Of a stretch of 64,000 bases of DNA, positions 36,380 through 48,729 are shown piece by piece. A program made the translations under genes and the position numbers. Each line of letters begins with the position of its first letter. The stretch's first letter is position 1. The notes below the pieces were generated by a model. The model saw nothing but the letters and a program-made list of their open reading frames with translations. It was not told the origin of the DNA and searched no databases. The stretch spans positions 38,564,001 to 38,628,000 of the forward strand of contig CM060733.1 in the NCBI GenBank assembly GCA_030704615.1, written 5' to 3'. The stretch comes from Takakia lepidozioides (taxonomy: Eukaryota; Plantae; Bryophyta).

Positions 36380-37490
36380 AGATTGTCGACCTCAATCTAG
36401 CTATTCCCTGGCTCCTTTGTGACACCTCCGTCCTCCATCATCTGTCTCACCTTTGCTTTATGACCATCTGCCAGCTGCAGCATAGATATTTGAAAGCAGC
36501 ATGTAATTTCCAGCATCCACTGGATTGCACTCCAGCAGGCAATTTGCTGCACAATCTGCTACCTCCACATTGCCATGAATTCTGCAAGCGCCAAGCAAGA
36601 CCCCCCACACCGAAGCATCTGGTTTGATCGGCATTCTGTTAATGAGGTCTTCCGCCTAATTTAAACACCCTGCATGGCCAAGAAGGTCCACCATGCAGCC
36701 AAAATGCCTCCCTCTAGGAGTGATGACATGGTCTTGACTTATGGAATCACATCCACTAGGCCCACATAGCTACACGCAGACAGAAGAGATATAAAGGTAA
36801 TGCCATCCGGCTTCAAGCCTTCTTGCTGCATTTGTTCAAATACTTTGACGGCCTCCAGACCAAACCCATTTTGAGCGTATCCTGTGATCATGGCATTCCG
36901 TGAGACCACATCCTGCTGAGCCATATTCCCAAAAACTTGACGTGCATCCTTTACACAGCTTTGCTGATGTCAGCATGGACCTCTTTTCCTTTTTCCAGGG
37001 CTCTTAGGCTGGCACAAGTGTTCAGAACAGAAATAAAAGTAACCATGTTTGGTGTCACCTGTTGCATTTGCTCATAGATCTCAAAAGCGTCCCAACCACA
37101 CCCATGCTTTTCATACCCTGCTGCTATCATTGTAGTCCATGTAAACAGATTTCATTCAGGCATTTGTTGAATACTTGGCGAGCATCCACTACACTCCCAC
37201 ACTTGGTATATATGTGGACAAGGGTGTTGAGTAGAAAGATGTTTGGCTTGAATCCAATTTACTTTTACAATGTGGGCATGTACCACTGCTAGGTCTTTCA
37301 TCTTTGTGCACTCCTGCAAGACCAGTGTTGGAGTCTGCTTGAATTCCAAAATATGCAGTGCCTCTTTGAGTTGTCCAGCCTTCCGTAGAATCCTTATATG
37401 CACACAAGTCCCAATAGAGTCCTTGTTGATCCCCTCTCTTGGTCCTTTTTCGAACAAAGTGGTTATGGTGGAGCTGCTGCCCATGTTGCC
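36380..37490 (-). pseudogene. PLS-class PPR pseudogene with E domain, truncated after the PG box
   Basis: Fragments LRKAGQLKEALHIL, DVVS.NAMITGYAQNGFGLEAVKVFEQMQQEGLKPDGITFISLLSACSYVGLVD, GCMVDLLGHAG and TKEPGNS*IEVDN. Multiple frameshifts and stops; no DYW domain follows. Confidence 0.85.
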
Positions 37491-39107
37491 AGTCTGAACT
37501 CCAACAAACCAATGTTCCAGACTCAACCCTGCCACCCTGCACAACTCATTAAAACTCTTCTTTACAAACCTCTACACCCAAACTCACAGAAGACATCTCC
37601 TAGATCCTAATACTCCCAGTCTTCTGGAGGATAGTCTCCTCTGCTATAATTGGAGGGTTCAAACTGAAACTCAGGAGAATCCATACAAGTATGCTGATTG
37701 CAGAAATTTCGTAAACAGGTTAAATCATCGTCAAAACAATACCCATTGGACTCTTGGCCTGGAGCTCCATGGTGTACATCCACGCTAGAACCATCACCAG
37801 ACTGTGCAATCATGGCAGCAAGACCTGTTTTCACTCAAGGAGGGTTAAACCAAGGATAAATCCAGAGGCTCTACTTAGTACGCTTATGTCTGAAGTCTGG
37901 CGACCTTGGACTTCTCTGTGACAGAACCACCAGACCGGCTGTTGAGCAACCAGAGATTCAATTACAGCCTCTGCATAAATCAGGATACATCTACAGCTCC
38001 AAATATCTTTCAAACAAAAAGGGAACCAGTCACTGTTCCAAACAGTAAGAACCTCATCGCTTTTCCGCTGAGCGCTAAGAAGAGAAAGATTGTCATTAAG
38101 CATCATCATCCCAGCTTTGACCACAAGCCCCCCTAAATAAAATTTTTCATGTCCTGATACGGGACATCCCCCCTAAATAATCGTTTGCATGTCCTGATTG
38201 AAGATAGCCTCACCTTAACAAATCCGCTGTCCCGTGTCGATAGCAGTGATGGAGCAGGGGACATCTCAATGTACCACTATGAAGGATCCGAGCAGAACCG
38301 ATGCCAGCACGGTTCATGCTCATCACTCCACCTCCCTGCAAGAAGTGCAGAGATTTCACAAGCTCCCACTTCCTCGTCGGCATTGACGAGACAACTACCA
38401 ATGTGACCTCACCCATACAAACCCACTCTACATTTCCAAAGCTCTCTCCAACGTCTAACTCTCTACATCTCGTCTCTGCATCTGTCTCTGGGTGAAGCTC
38501 ATTCTCTGCAACATTATCATATAATTTGAAGAGATCGCTCAAGTTTAAAATGCATATCTCAGTAATATTTGAGATAGCTTCTCATCTCTTGTAATCCCCT
38601 GCTCCAGCTGGGCTGCTTTGGTTCTTCTCGGATGATGAGATATGTTGGATATGAAAGCATATTCAAAACAGATGCGTGGATAACATACAATACGAGAGGC
38701 ATGACAAAGGCATTGCATCGGAAGGGATCGATCGGCTTAGATATTGGATGATAATGCAGAGGATGAAAATGATGGAGACGAGGCACAAAGAGTGTGAGAG
38801 TGGGTGGGCGCTGCTCAACAAATGCGAGGGTGTGTGTGGGGGTGAGGGAGGTGCAGAGATGGGGACCGCGTGCGTGGGCATTCTGATCCCACTCTGATCG
38901 CTCACTCACTCACTGTGTCTCTCTCACAGACGATTGGGTGCACATCGAGACCTGTTTTTTGGGCCTGGATATGTATGTAAGAAGTAGGAATCCCCTGTTA
39001 CAAACCCATCCCTGGGCTGAGCGCCAATTCCCTAGAATTCCTGGGTGCCTGACATGCGCAGACCGTCACCTCACCAGCAGATGTCCATGTGTGCTTGGTT
39101 GAGGTGA

Positions 39108-39279
39108 ATGGTGACGATGGCATCAGTGGTGGCGGGGATGCGATGGAGCGACAGTGAAGGTGTGGGGAGGCATAGGGGGAGAGAGAGGGAGGAGGTGAGG
39201 AGCGAGGATGGTCAGGGAAAGGGCAGCGTCAAAACTTGTTCAGCGCTCAAGACTGCCTACCATGACTGCTTCAACCGGT

Positions 39280-39319
<40 letters not shown>

Positions 39320-41723
39320 GTTTCTTTTCTTTTGGACTATTGTTGTCTTCTTAAATTTTTACTGTTCTTCTAGGTATTACATGTACGTGCGTGTGCATCT
39401 CAATCATGAGGTATATTGTACTGCTTCACATATGTATCGAAGTATGATCATTATCTGTCCTTTCGTGGTTGAGTTTGCTTTGTATATTTCAAACGTTTGT
39501 CCTTTGAGCACCTGAAGAGCGTTAGATGTCAGGTCTTCTTTTCCCCTAGTTTGTTGAAAACTAGAATTGCAATCTATACCGAAAGAAAAATCGCTTCTCT
39601 TCCAGCCAACAGAGGGTAAACGCGAAATCCGATGCCGTTAGAAGTAAAATTGAATATGCTGTACATGTGTGAGTGTTTCCGTGTGCTGGATTAGCGTTGG
39701 GTGTTTCAGCAAGTTTGTGATTTCATGCTAATCGGGTGCCTGTGCCTCTGGCAAGGGTTTAAGGATGTGCTTGAAACTAGTGGCATAGAGTTGAGTTTCT
39801 GGGACAGGGATTTGGACGCTTGCAGTCTTTTCCCAGTCTGGACTTTCACTAATCTTGGGATAGGCCTTGGATGTGGTCTCATCTTCTCTTTTATTAAGTT
39901 CCGTTTCAAAGGGATTTTTTCTGCATACAGCCAGCTTACTCCTTTTGTTGTTCTTTGGACCTACTTTAGCAGGCTTCAGATTTTGGTGATGTATTTGTCT
40001 GCATGAACTACACATCTCCTGATTGTGTGTGCAATCTTCAGGTGGGCGCCATACTTGCTCTTTGAGCAAGGATTGTAGTCAACGAAATTACTTTCAAAGT
40101 ACAAGTCCTGCAAGCCTCAAGACACCATTTTATCTCTCTGTCTCAAGTGTCTCCTCTCCTGGATTCGAATATTCAATGAGAGATAATCTTAGAGCTAGTA
40201 GATAGATCAAGGCTGCTGTTTGTGGAAGCTTGAGGCCCCACCCCATAGCTGTGGCACACAAATGAGGAGGTATTTAGATCAATGTCTGTATTCTGGGTTG
40301 GTTTCCATGAGGCTACCTTATTGGGAGTCCTGGGTTCAAGTATTTGGAGGCCTCTGAGGAATGACAGGTGTACAGCTTTCAGCCATTTACAGACATTTCA
40401 TTGACCTTACCATCAAGCACCTAGAGCCTCGAAACTTGAGGTGGCACTGTAAGCCACCATGAAAAGTAACAATGTCCTCAGAAGAGACAGTAGCGCTGAC
40501 AATGTCGGCAAAGAATTGTGGCTCCCATAACCTAGTCTCATGGCGGTGTCATTGTTCTCTTTTTCAATGTGATTTTCTCACTACATAAACACAGAAGCTG
40601 GATGACTTTGGACCTTCTATCGTTCTTATGGAGTAACTTGGAAGGAATCATCGTGGAAAGATAAGCAGAAGTGTGGTCTAGTTGGAGCTATATTCTCAAC
40701 CTCTGTGTTTACCTTTTGGTGGGAGGCAGATGGTATTCAGAGAAATTTGTGAAGGGGCAATGGGAGAAGGAGGAATGCATGGTGGAATGGGAAGCATATT
40801 ATGCCTGTGTCTCGGTACTCTCCCTCTCTAGTTCTCAAAGTTTTCATCTCTTGGTACCTTTATCACAATTTATAGTGGTTTTTATGTACACTTTGTTGGT
40901 TTATTGCACTATGAAATGATGTAGTTAATGGTTCCAGTAGTTGTGCTTGTGGCTTCAGATATAGGAGACAAAGAGATCCTTAAATACCACTCAATGTCAC
41001 CTTTTGTATGTTAGATGAAAATGAATCTCACAAATTAAATACCATTGGCTGTGAGACAGCTATGGAATTCCATGAGGACATTGTCATCCAAGTGGGACCA
41101 TGCTGTCCCATACCCAAGGGTTACCAATTTTAGAAACTCTCTTGAAGGAGTGCACTTTTTTGTTTCTCCTGTCTCTCCCACTTTCTGTCTGATGTGCATC
41201 GTCCCCCACATACACTAAAATACTTACTAAATAAAGTTGTAGATACAGGGTATGGCCCAGGTATCCACTGGTGTGATAACAGACCCCAATAAGCAGACAT
41301 TAAGACATATATGAGACCTTGCTTTTGAGAGCTGTAACATTTGGAATTAGGGAGCCACTTAATGCTCCCATAAATTGTGTCTCACCGCAGGTTACACACG
41401 CAGTGCCTGTCAAGAACCCTCTCCTCACCGTCCACAAGAGCAGCTAATTTCCCAGTAGCATGTCTAGATGGTTAGATGACTTGAATTGAAATGTGGAAGG
41501 TAGTAGTAAGCTGGTATGAGAGGGGAGGCCACTAGGAGATTAGCCAGCAGATATATGTTTTTGCGGGGATTTACTCTTACTTTTGTAGTTAACAAAAACC
41601 TCTCTTAGACTAATTATTTGCCTGAGGGTTGGGATGCAGAAGAAGATGGGAGAGCGGAATATGAGCCATTTGCTGCAGCAGGACCCTCGCCCGCATCCCT
41701 CTGGTGGCAGCAGCAACAACTAA
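39108..41723 (+). CDS. MDM35: TRIAP1/Mdm35 (UPF0203) twin-CX9C mitochondrial intermembrane-space protein, 3 exons
   Basis: Exons 39108-39277, 40730-40814 and 41640-41723 give CSALKTAYHDCFNR-WYSEKFVKGQWEKEECMVEWEAYYACVS-KK. GT-AG, phases consistent. Start codon choice uncertain. Confidence 0.88.
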
Positions 41724-43489
41724 TTTATTCATGGTAGCTCAGGTTCCACCCCTATGCAAGAGATTCAAGAATTTATTGATGGATTTCTTTGGCCGGGACT
41801 TGTGCTAAGGCTGCACAAGTCTTCAAGGGAAGAAAATAATGTTAAAGACCCTTTCAGTTTAGTTTTGGGTGTTGGAATGGTTTTTAGACCATTGGCTGCG
41901 ACCTGTTCTGCTATCTTCCCAAATGCTTGAAAAACCACAGTGCAATTGAACCGAGAGGACTGACAACTTTCTGTCGCTGCCGTGTTAACAATTCCTTCCT
42001 GGTTGCTGCTGCAGGGGGCATGTGTTCCAACCAAAATTTTAATTTGCCCAGATGGGCATGCTCTCCTTCCTCCCTCACACACATGCACTCGTGTTCAAGG
42101 CCTGCAGCAGTGAGTTTGGTATCAGCATTATGTTGTCTAATATTATGTCAACATGTGCATGAGCTCTTTGGCAGTTTTGGGCTTTGCTTCATAGCTTTTT
42201 TGTTCATGACTGGCTCCCCTAGGGGTAGCATGGAACCAGACCCTCAATGGCCTCAAGGGAACATGGCATCGTAAACATTCACAGGGAATCAGTAATGAAC
42301 ACATCTCTGAACGTCTAGACGCCTGCATGTTGGTTTCTGGTGTGTTATTCTGTACATACTGGAACCTCCTAGACCCCATCCCCCTTTTCAGGGTCTAATT
42401 TATAAGTGCTAGTGGGTGATTTTATTTAGGGCTCTTTATGACATGGTTTGTGATGTCGGGTTCAGTCTCTTAAACTCAGCTGTACATATTGCATCGCATT
42501 GCTACATATGGCCCTACCTGAAGTAGAGAGGGAACATAAAGCCAAGTTCAATGACTGGCACAAAGCCGGTGTGGAGTATGTGAAATTATAAAAATAAGGA
42601 CAGAGTATTGAGAATGCATCACACGGTGGAGTTGATGAGCAAATTTATGGCTAAAGACTGATAACATTCCAATAAAGATAGTGCTGTAATGAAATCAGTC
42701 GACTGGGGTTGGTGGTATGAGGCAGTATATCACCAGTCAGTAAAGGTGCTGAGTGCCATGGGGGATGCCGGGTTCTAATCTGGCCCCCTATTATCTTCAT
42801 GGGTGCCTCATGGAGAGGTCACTTAGAGAGAGGTTAGTCATTCCTCTCAATGCAGATCTATTTTTTGCCTTTTGGGTGTCTTCCTTGACAACACTACAAG
42901 AAAACAAAACCAAAAGTGGGGTTAGTTCATTCCTAGTTGCCTAGTGGTTGCAGGCCTTTTTGTGACTTTTTATCCAATGGATGGATGCGCTTGCTTTTAG
43001 AAGCAAACTTGTGAAGGTTCTTGAGATATTCCCAGTGGCAACAGCCCCAAGCCTCTCTGGCACTACAACTGTAGTTCTCCAAGGGATTGAGAAGTTGTTG
43101 TTGTCGTTGAAGGATTTTTATCCAGAAAACCCTTTTTCTGGATTTACAAACGGTTGAAGGCACATGTTGAACAGAAATACCCTGTTTTAGCTCAGGTAGC
43201 CCTCTACAAAGGAGGAGGTTGGGTAGCACTAGAGCATGAGCCTGCTCACCTGAGCAAAAGAGGATATACCGTAAATTCCTAGAATATTCTTGAATAGATG
43301 CAATAGCGAAACTAAAATGTGCAATTTGTGCTCACGTGAGCAGACTTGTAGCCACAGGAAGAGAGTGGGTTAGTCACCCTATTTTCGTGGTTTGTGCTCG
43401 ACTCCATTTTCCTGTACGCACAAGCACATAACAATTTGTTAGCGAAATAAAACAATCTCACGTCGTCTCTTATATACAAAACCAACACA

Positions 43490-43615
43490 ATACATTTTGT
43501 TTCGTCCACGAAACCATATGATAATGACCAGTGATACCTGGAAATCTCGTCGACGAAACCCATTATTTCGTTGGCGAAACCCACCTTGATCTATTTCGTT
43601 AACGAAATCCGTCGT
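43490..43615. repeat. Cluster of four short palindromes TTTCGTnnACGAAA (transposon subterminal-like)
   Basis: tttcgtccacgaaa, ctcgtcgacgaaa, tttcgttggcgaaa, tttcgttaacgaaa. Confidence 0.65.
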
Positions 43616-43949
43616 TTGCCTCATTATATTACATTGTTCAACTATTGTTTGGTATTTGTGTGTTTTGGATGGTGTTGGTTATTGTGACTTTGTTTTTTCC
43701 TAATGTGTTATTCTTTTGTAGGATACCACATATCTTATAGGATACCAAAGCTGTAGATATGTGCATCTTGGAGCTTGTAGATACACACTATGGGTGCCTA
43801 TTTTGCATTAGGGTTTTGGGCTTAAGGACATAATAGGCATAGAAACCCTATAAATGCACCGTGTCTCTATATGCACCAATGGTTTTATGCCGCTTTGAAA
43901 ACATAAAGATAAAAGATAAAGTTTCTTTAACGTCCAGTGAATTTACAAA

Positions 43950-44067
43950 GCACACAGGCCATGGAGGGCCCAATGGACGGTCTGCAGGCACATGTTGAAG
44001 GATTGAACCCAGGATCACCTAGGTTATGCACAGGCAAGGTACAAACACCCAACCAACTGGGCTACCT
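43950..44067 (-). mobile_element. tRNA-derived SINE (family-1-like head)
   Basis: The - strand reads GGTAGCCCAGTTGGTT ... GGGTTCAATCC. Confidence 0.55.
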
Positions 44068-44335
44068 CCTCAAGAGCATAGACTCATGCCGCAGCTGGCA
44101 TAACTGAGAGCCACTTCGCCCTTCGGCTAGTGGCCCCTTTGGGGGGTGGGCCCTATTTTGAAAACATATAATTCCTGTGATGGCTGTTTAAAACATAAAA
44201 CCCCTATGACCTGGGTTTGTGCTCACATTCTACCAACCCTACCCACAGCAAGTCTGATTTGGACTCTAACAAGGAATGTGAGTATGATTTCTGTCAGTGG
44301 GTCATTTGCCGTTAACTAATATTTTCGTGGGTTTT

Positions 44336-46165
44336 TATCAGAAATGCTTAACGACGATGAGCAGCAAAGTACAACGAGAGCGGGCCCGGCAAAACTGACG
44401 GCGACGGCGAGGTGGATGGAGAGCCCCAAAAGCGCAGGGTGCGGCGGAACGGGCGTGAGCGGACGTGAGCGAGGTGACGTACCGGACGTGAGGTGACGGC
44501 AGGCGTCACATGGGCGACGGCAGCGCCCGAAAGCGACGGCGTCACTGGGCCCCCCGTGTTATTGTCGTACGTTACTTTGCCAGACGTTGGCTGCCCTGGA
44601 TTTTCCTGCCAATTCCCGCCCGGGCTGCTCGCCCCCTGTCTGCTAGATTCCTGCCTCGGGTTGATTGTGGAGGTTGCATCCAGGTAGATGCTTTGTGTGT
44701 CCAAAGTGAGGTTCCATGATCGTGACTGTGTTGGATGTTGCCGGAGGGTGAGTGAGTTCTCACAGATGCTTGGGGGTCCGTCTGGGAGGAAGACTTCAGA
44801 AGCTTGTATTCCTTTGTGTGATTGGGAAAAGCTGACGTTAGAGCTGACTAGATCAGCTTACCACATTGCTGAACAGTCGGATCGTAATCGACTTGTACAC
44901 GGAGTTGGCAGTGGTTGAGACATGCCTTGAAGTGATTCTTAAGCCGAAGACTTGAACTAAAGCTGGCTGCAAGTACTGTGTTAAGCTTGAAAGGTTGAAG
45001 TATCCAGTTAGATGCAGCTGAGTGGGTTGAAAGAGGTTATAGTGCGTGGTTCTAAGCTTCAGACGGAGACAACAACTGTGATTGTAGTTCTAAACTTGAA
45101 AAACTGCACATTCATGCTGATATAAAAAATCGAGTGGTTCTTGCCAAGTCCAATTACATATTCAAGGGTGCGAGTCGCCACATCCTTCTTGAATTTGTAT
45201 ATTGTATACGTGCAGATGTTTGCAGGTAAATGTTTGATTCAGGTGGACACGAGACACCTGCTGGTACGCTCGTCCTGGATACCTCCAGGTTGATGCGGGA
45301 TGGATTGAATTGCAAGTTTGGACAGGTGGACACGGTCACATGGCTTGACATGAGTTTGTCTTTGGATCTGACTAAGAATCTTGTCAACCCAGTGAACTTA
45401 GTCAAAAGGGGATCGATGCGACGTTTCTTAAGTCAGATTTTTGGACAACCTTCAAGCAGGTAGTGGGCCCAGTTTTACCCTAGTGAGATATTATTCGGGG
45501 AGGGATCCTGTGGGCCTTACTTGCAGATTCATCCTGTTGCCTAATAATAACTGCCTCTGAATTATTCTACAAGACTAAATTCAGTAGGAAGAATTGTTGG
45601 GTCTGATGCTACTGAATGATCACAGCATTGTGAAGCCTGATTCCGGCGGTATGGGTTTGTTCCCCTTCCTCTACCAGACTTAATCCTATCAAGGGGGGCT
45701 GTAGTCCATAGATGGGCCTGGTAGAGAAGATGGAATCTCACGAAAGAGGACGCAACAGAGTCGGACATTCAAAACGGTTACAGGGATTGGAACACTAATA
45801 ACCGGGTTACACAAAGAATGCCGCCCATCAAAAATCAAACCAGGAACGTCGTCACCTGCAATGCTGTCACTCTACCATCACGCTACCCAACTCAGCATGA
45901 GACCCACCTGGATTCTTAACTATTTAATAGTGAAACCGAGGTAAGAGGGGATGGGGAGGATTTGACAGGGGCCCTGCCTGACGAGCCCAGTCTGCCGGAG
46001 GTAAGAGGGGATGGGGAGGATTTGACAGGGGCCCTGCCGGACGAGCCCAGTCTGCCGGAATCCGGCGAAAGTGCCGTCAGATCGGACGCGTCCATTAAGT
46101 TCTTACATTATTCCTATTGTCTTCCTTTAAAAATCAGCTCAAGGGTATTTGATGGAATTCTGACA
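44336..46165. mobile_element. Possible solo LTR / LTR-element remnant (~1.8 kb)
   Basis: Imperfect inverted ends TATCAGAAATGC ... GGAATTCTGACA and a compositional shift from the flanks. No TSD found. Confidence 0.3.
45938..46057. repeat. 60-bp tandem duplication (1 mismatch)
   Basis: gaggtaagaggggatggggaggatttgacaggggccctgcc(t/g)gacgagcccagtctgccg, two copies. Confidence 0.95.
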
Positions 46166-48729
46166 CAATTGTGACATAAATATTCAAAAATTTGGTTTCT
46201 TATTGGTTAGAGTGTTCATGTGCACTACCAATAAAATACATTTCATGCAAAATTGACTCAAACAAAAAAACTAGCAATAGGAAATCAATTGGTAGGGAGA
46301 ATTGAATCCTGAATTTGGTTTTCTTTTTTTTGAGATATACATTTTTGAATGGATCTTATCTTGGATCAAAAGCCTTTTCACTACCGCAGTACCTTGGCAA
46401 GATCGACAGTCATATGTCGAATATTTATTTTAGTTTGAGAATTCCATTTCGACATATGGAATATTCCCAAAGATGCTTTTATTATCATTCACAAAGTTAT
46501 TTATTTCACAGAATCAATTTCCAAAATTTTCAACAATATTTAAAATATTAAAATTTGTGTCGAAATGGCCCCTATACTACGGTAATCCATTTAATTTATT
46601 TTTAAGCTGTTTGTTTGACATTAGTTGGCTTATATTTGTTGGACAATATCATTTACTTAAGTCCATGAGAGAGAGACATTACAGTGGCCGAAGCCGGCGT
46701 AAATCCCTTGGAGTACCACTCCCTTTGGGGCATGGGCTTTATGCACCGATCATTCAACACACTGTGATGTTGTTGGCACAATGTCCACGAGTCAAATCAT
46801 CCCATGAATTGGGGTGCATTTGGTTGCTCCCTAAATCGCAACCCTCATTCAAAATCACTCCATTTCCATTCGGATTTTGATGTCGGCCTTTGACAATGGA
46901 GATAGATCCCAATGTTTGCCAATCTAAGGGGGAAACCAAAAACAATACAATTACACATATCGGAAGTCTAGCAATGTACCCGAGATCTGCTTTAAAATTA
47001 GGACTTGACATTCCGCACTCCGGGCATGCATGCGGTCATTTGATGCTCCAAAAGGGACCATTTAGGGGATGCAAAAGGTAGTTGTGAGTCAATGCAAAAG
47101 ATGGAGGATTGTACATCTTCTTTGAACTGAATACTTTAATATATTGCGGAAAGGCTTGTGCTTTTGCATTATTTTCTACCGCCCACCTTGTCTTTCCCGG
47201 ACATCATCATCACCATCATTGCAAAAGGAATCAAGGTTTAATAACTCACACAGGGATTCATAACCCCATCTTATCGGTCACAAACACATTGCAAGTTCAC
47301 ACATGCTGTGAAGCCTTGTTGGGTGTGGGGCATGGGCAGCAACCCAGCAGCTTTGCTTTGCTTTGCTGATCACTGTTGCTGCGCCCCTCAAAACTGGCCT
47401 CTCTCACAAATGTGGGAGCCAATCTTTACATGTCGCCCACGCCCAGATTTGGTCAAAGAGCTTTGGGTCCCCACCATGGAAGTTGCATGTGGCACTTGTG
47501 GTGTCATTATGTAGCGTGGCCCACCAAAGCGACAACACAAACTCCGGATCGAATTTTGGTATCTGAGTCAATTGCTCTGAGCAGAAGATGTTTTAAAATT
47601 AATCACATTCCTGGAAGAGAGAGCCCAAGACTTGAGGATGCGGATGTGAAACATCACTGTGCACGCCTTGTTATTAAGTTCGCAGGACGATAAACTGTGG
47701 AAAGTGTGCATGCCTTGTAGGCAGTGTCGCCTCAATCTGCATACAATATTTGTTTAATTTCTCATTGGAAACATTCAGAAAGAGCTTGTCCCAATCTGCG
47801 GGTTCGACTACTGCATACTCAGGTGCTCAAGGACTGCACGTTTGAAAGGAATTGGTGCCGACAACCTCGATATTGACAATTGATGTCCAGAATTTCTCGA
47901 AGCCCTTCATTCAATCGTTAGCCTAGATGGCAGCCACGGCACACGAATTCCCGAGGGATGGGAATCGAATGATGCTTCAATCATCTTCACGGACACTCTT
48001 TCCCTTTGCATGCTCAGCAGATGTATATTGTGAGAGCTGATCTACAGCCATAGACAAAAACTAAACCCGACTGTACTCATCTCTCCCCTGGGAGGATCTG
48101 ACTGCTCTGTACGAAGAAGCGTACAGGCAAGCGGACGACACTCCTGTTCTAGACTCTCTAAGCGCTGGATTTCACAATAGTGGGAAATTGGACTACGATG
48201 CTAAGACTGGAGACTCGGTAATACCGTTCTCTGAGGGAATCAAAGTTGGTCGCCCTGCTTCCCAACTGCATACACTGCTTTCTGAACAACCCACTGCGTG
48301 TACATGATCATAGAGAATGAAGCAAAACAGTTGCAGACAATTGACGCAGGGCTTACATGGAACCGAATCGATGCAGTACGTTATACATACACGTCTGGAA
48401 TAATGAATACCCAGCCACCCTCTGCTCCTTCCCCGACACACTCTTCATCTCTATATACTTAGCTGCGGGACAACCACGACTTTGTACATGCACTTCTTTC
48501 CATTTTCGTATGAACAATCCCTCCCGCACCCATGGATGAATTTTTCTCCACACAAGTGTGGAACCAATTTTACAACGCCATTGTCAATGTCTGAGGGCGT
48601 GCTATTGTGGCTACTGTGTTTTTGCGCTACATTTTTTCGCTACGTTAAGGTCTTATCTTCTTCTCTTACCCCTTCAGGGATAAAAGGACAAAAACTTGTC
48701 CAAAGTCCTGAACAGGATCGACGGGGAAA

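Noticed and set aside
36000-36380. DYW or DYW:KP deaminase domain after the PPR E domain
   Set aside because: No HxE(x)nCxxC motif found after the PG box.
38270-38330. OSB-type PDF motif (WHRFCSDPS*W)
   Set aside because: Very short, contains a stop, and lacks the diagnostic DNR..PDFKH continuation.
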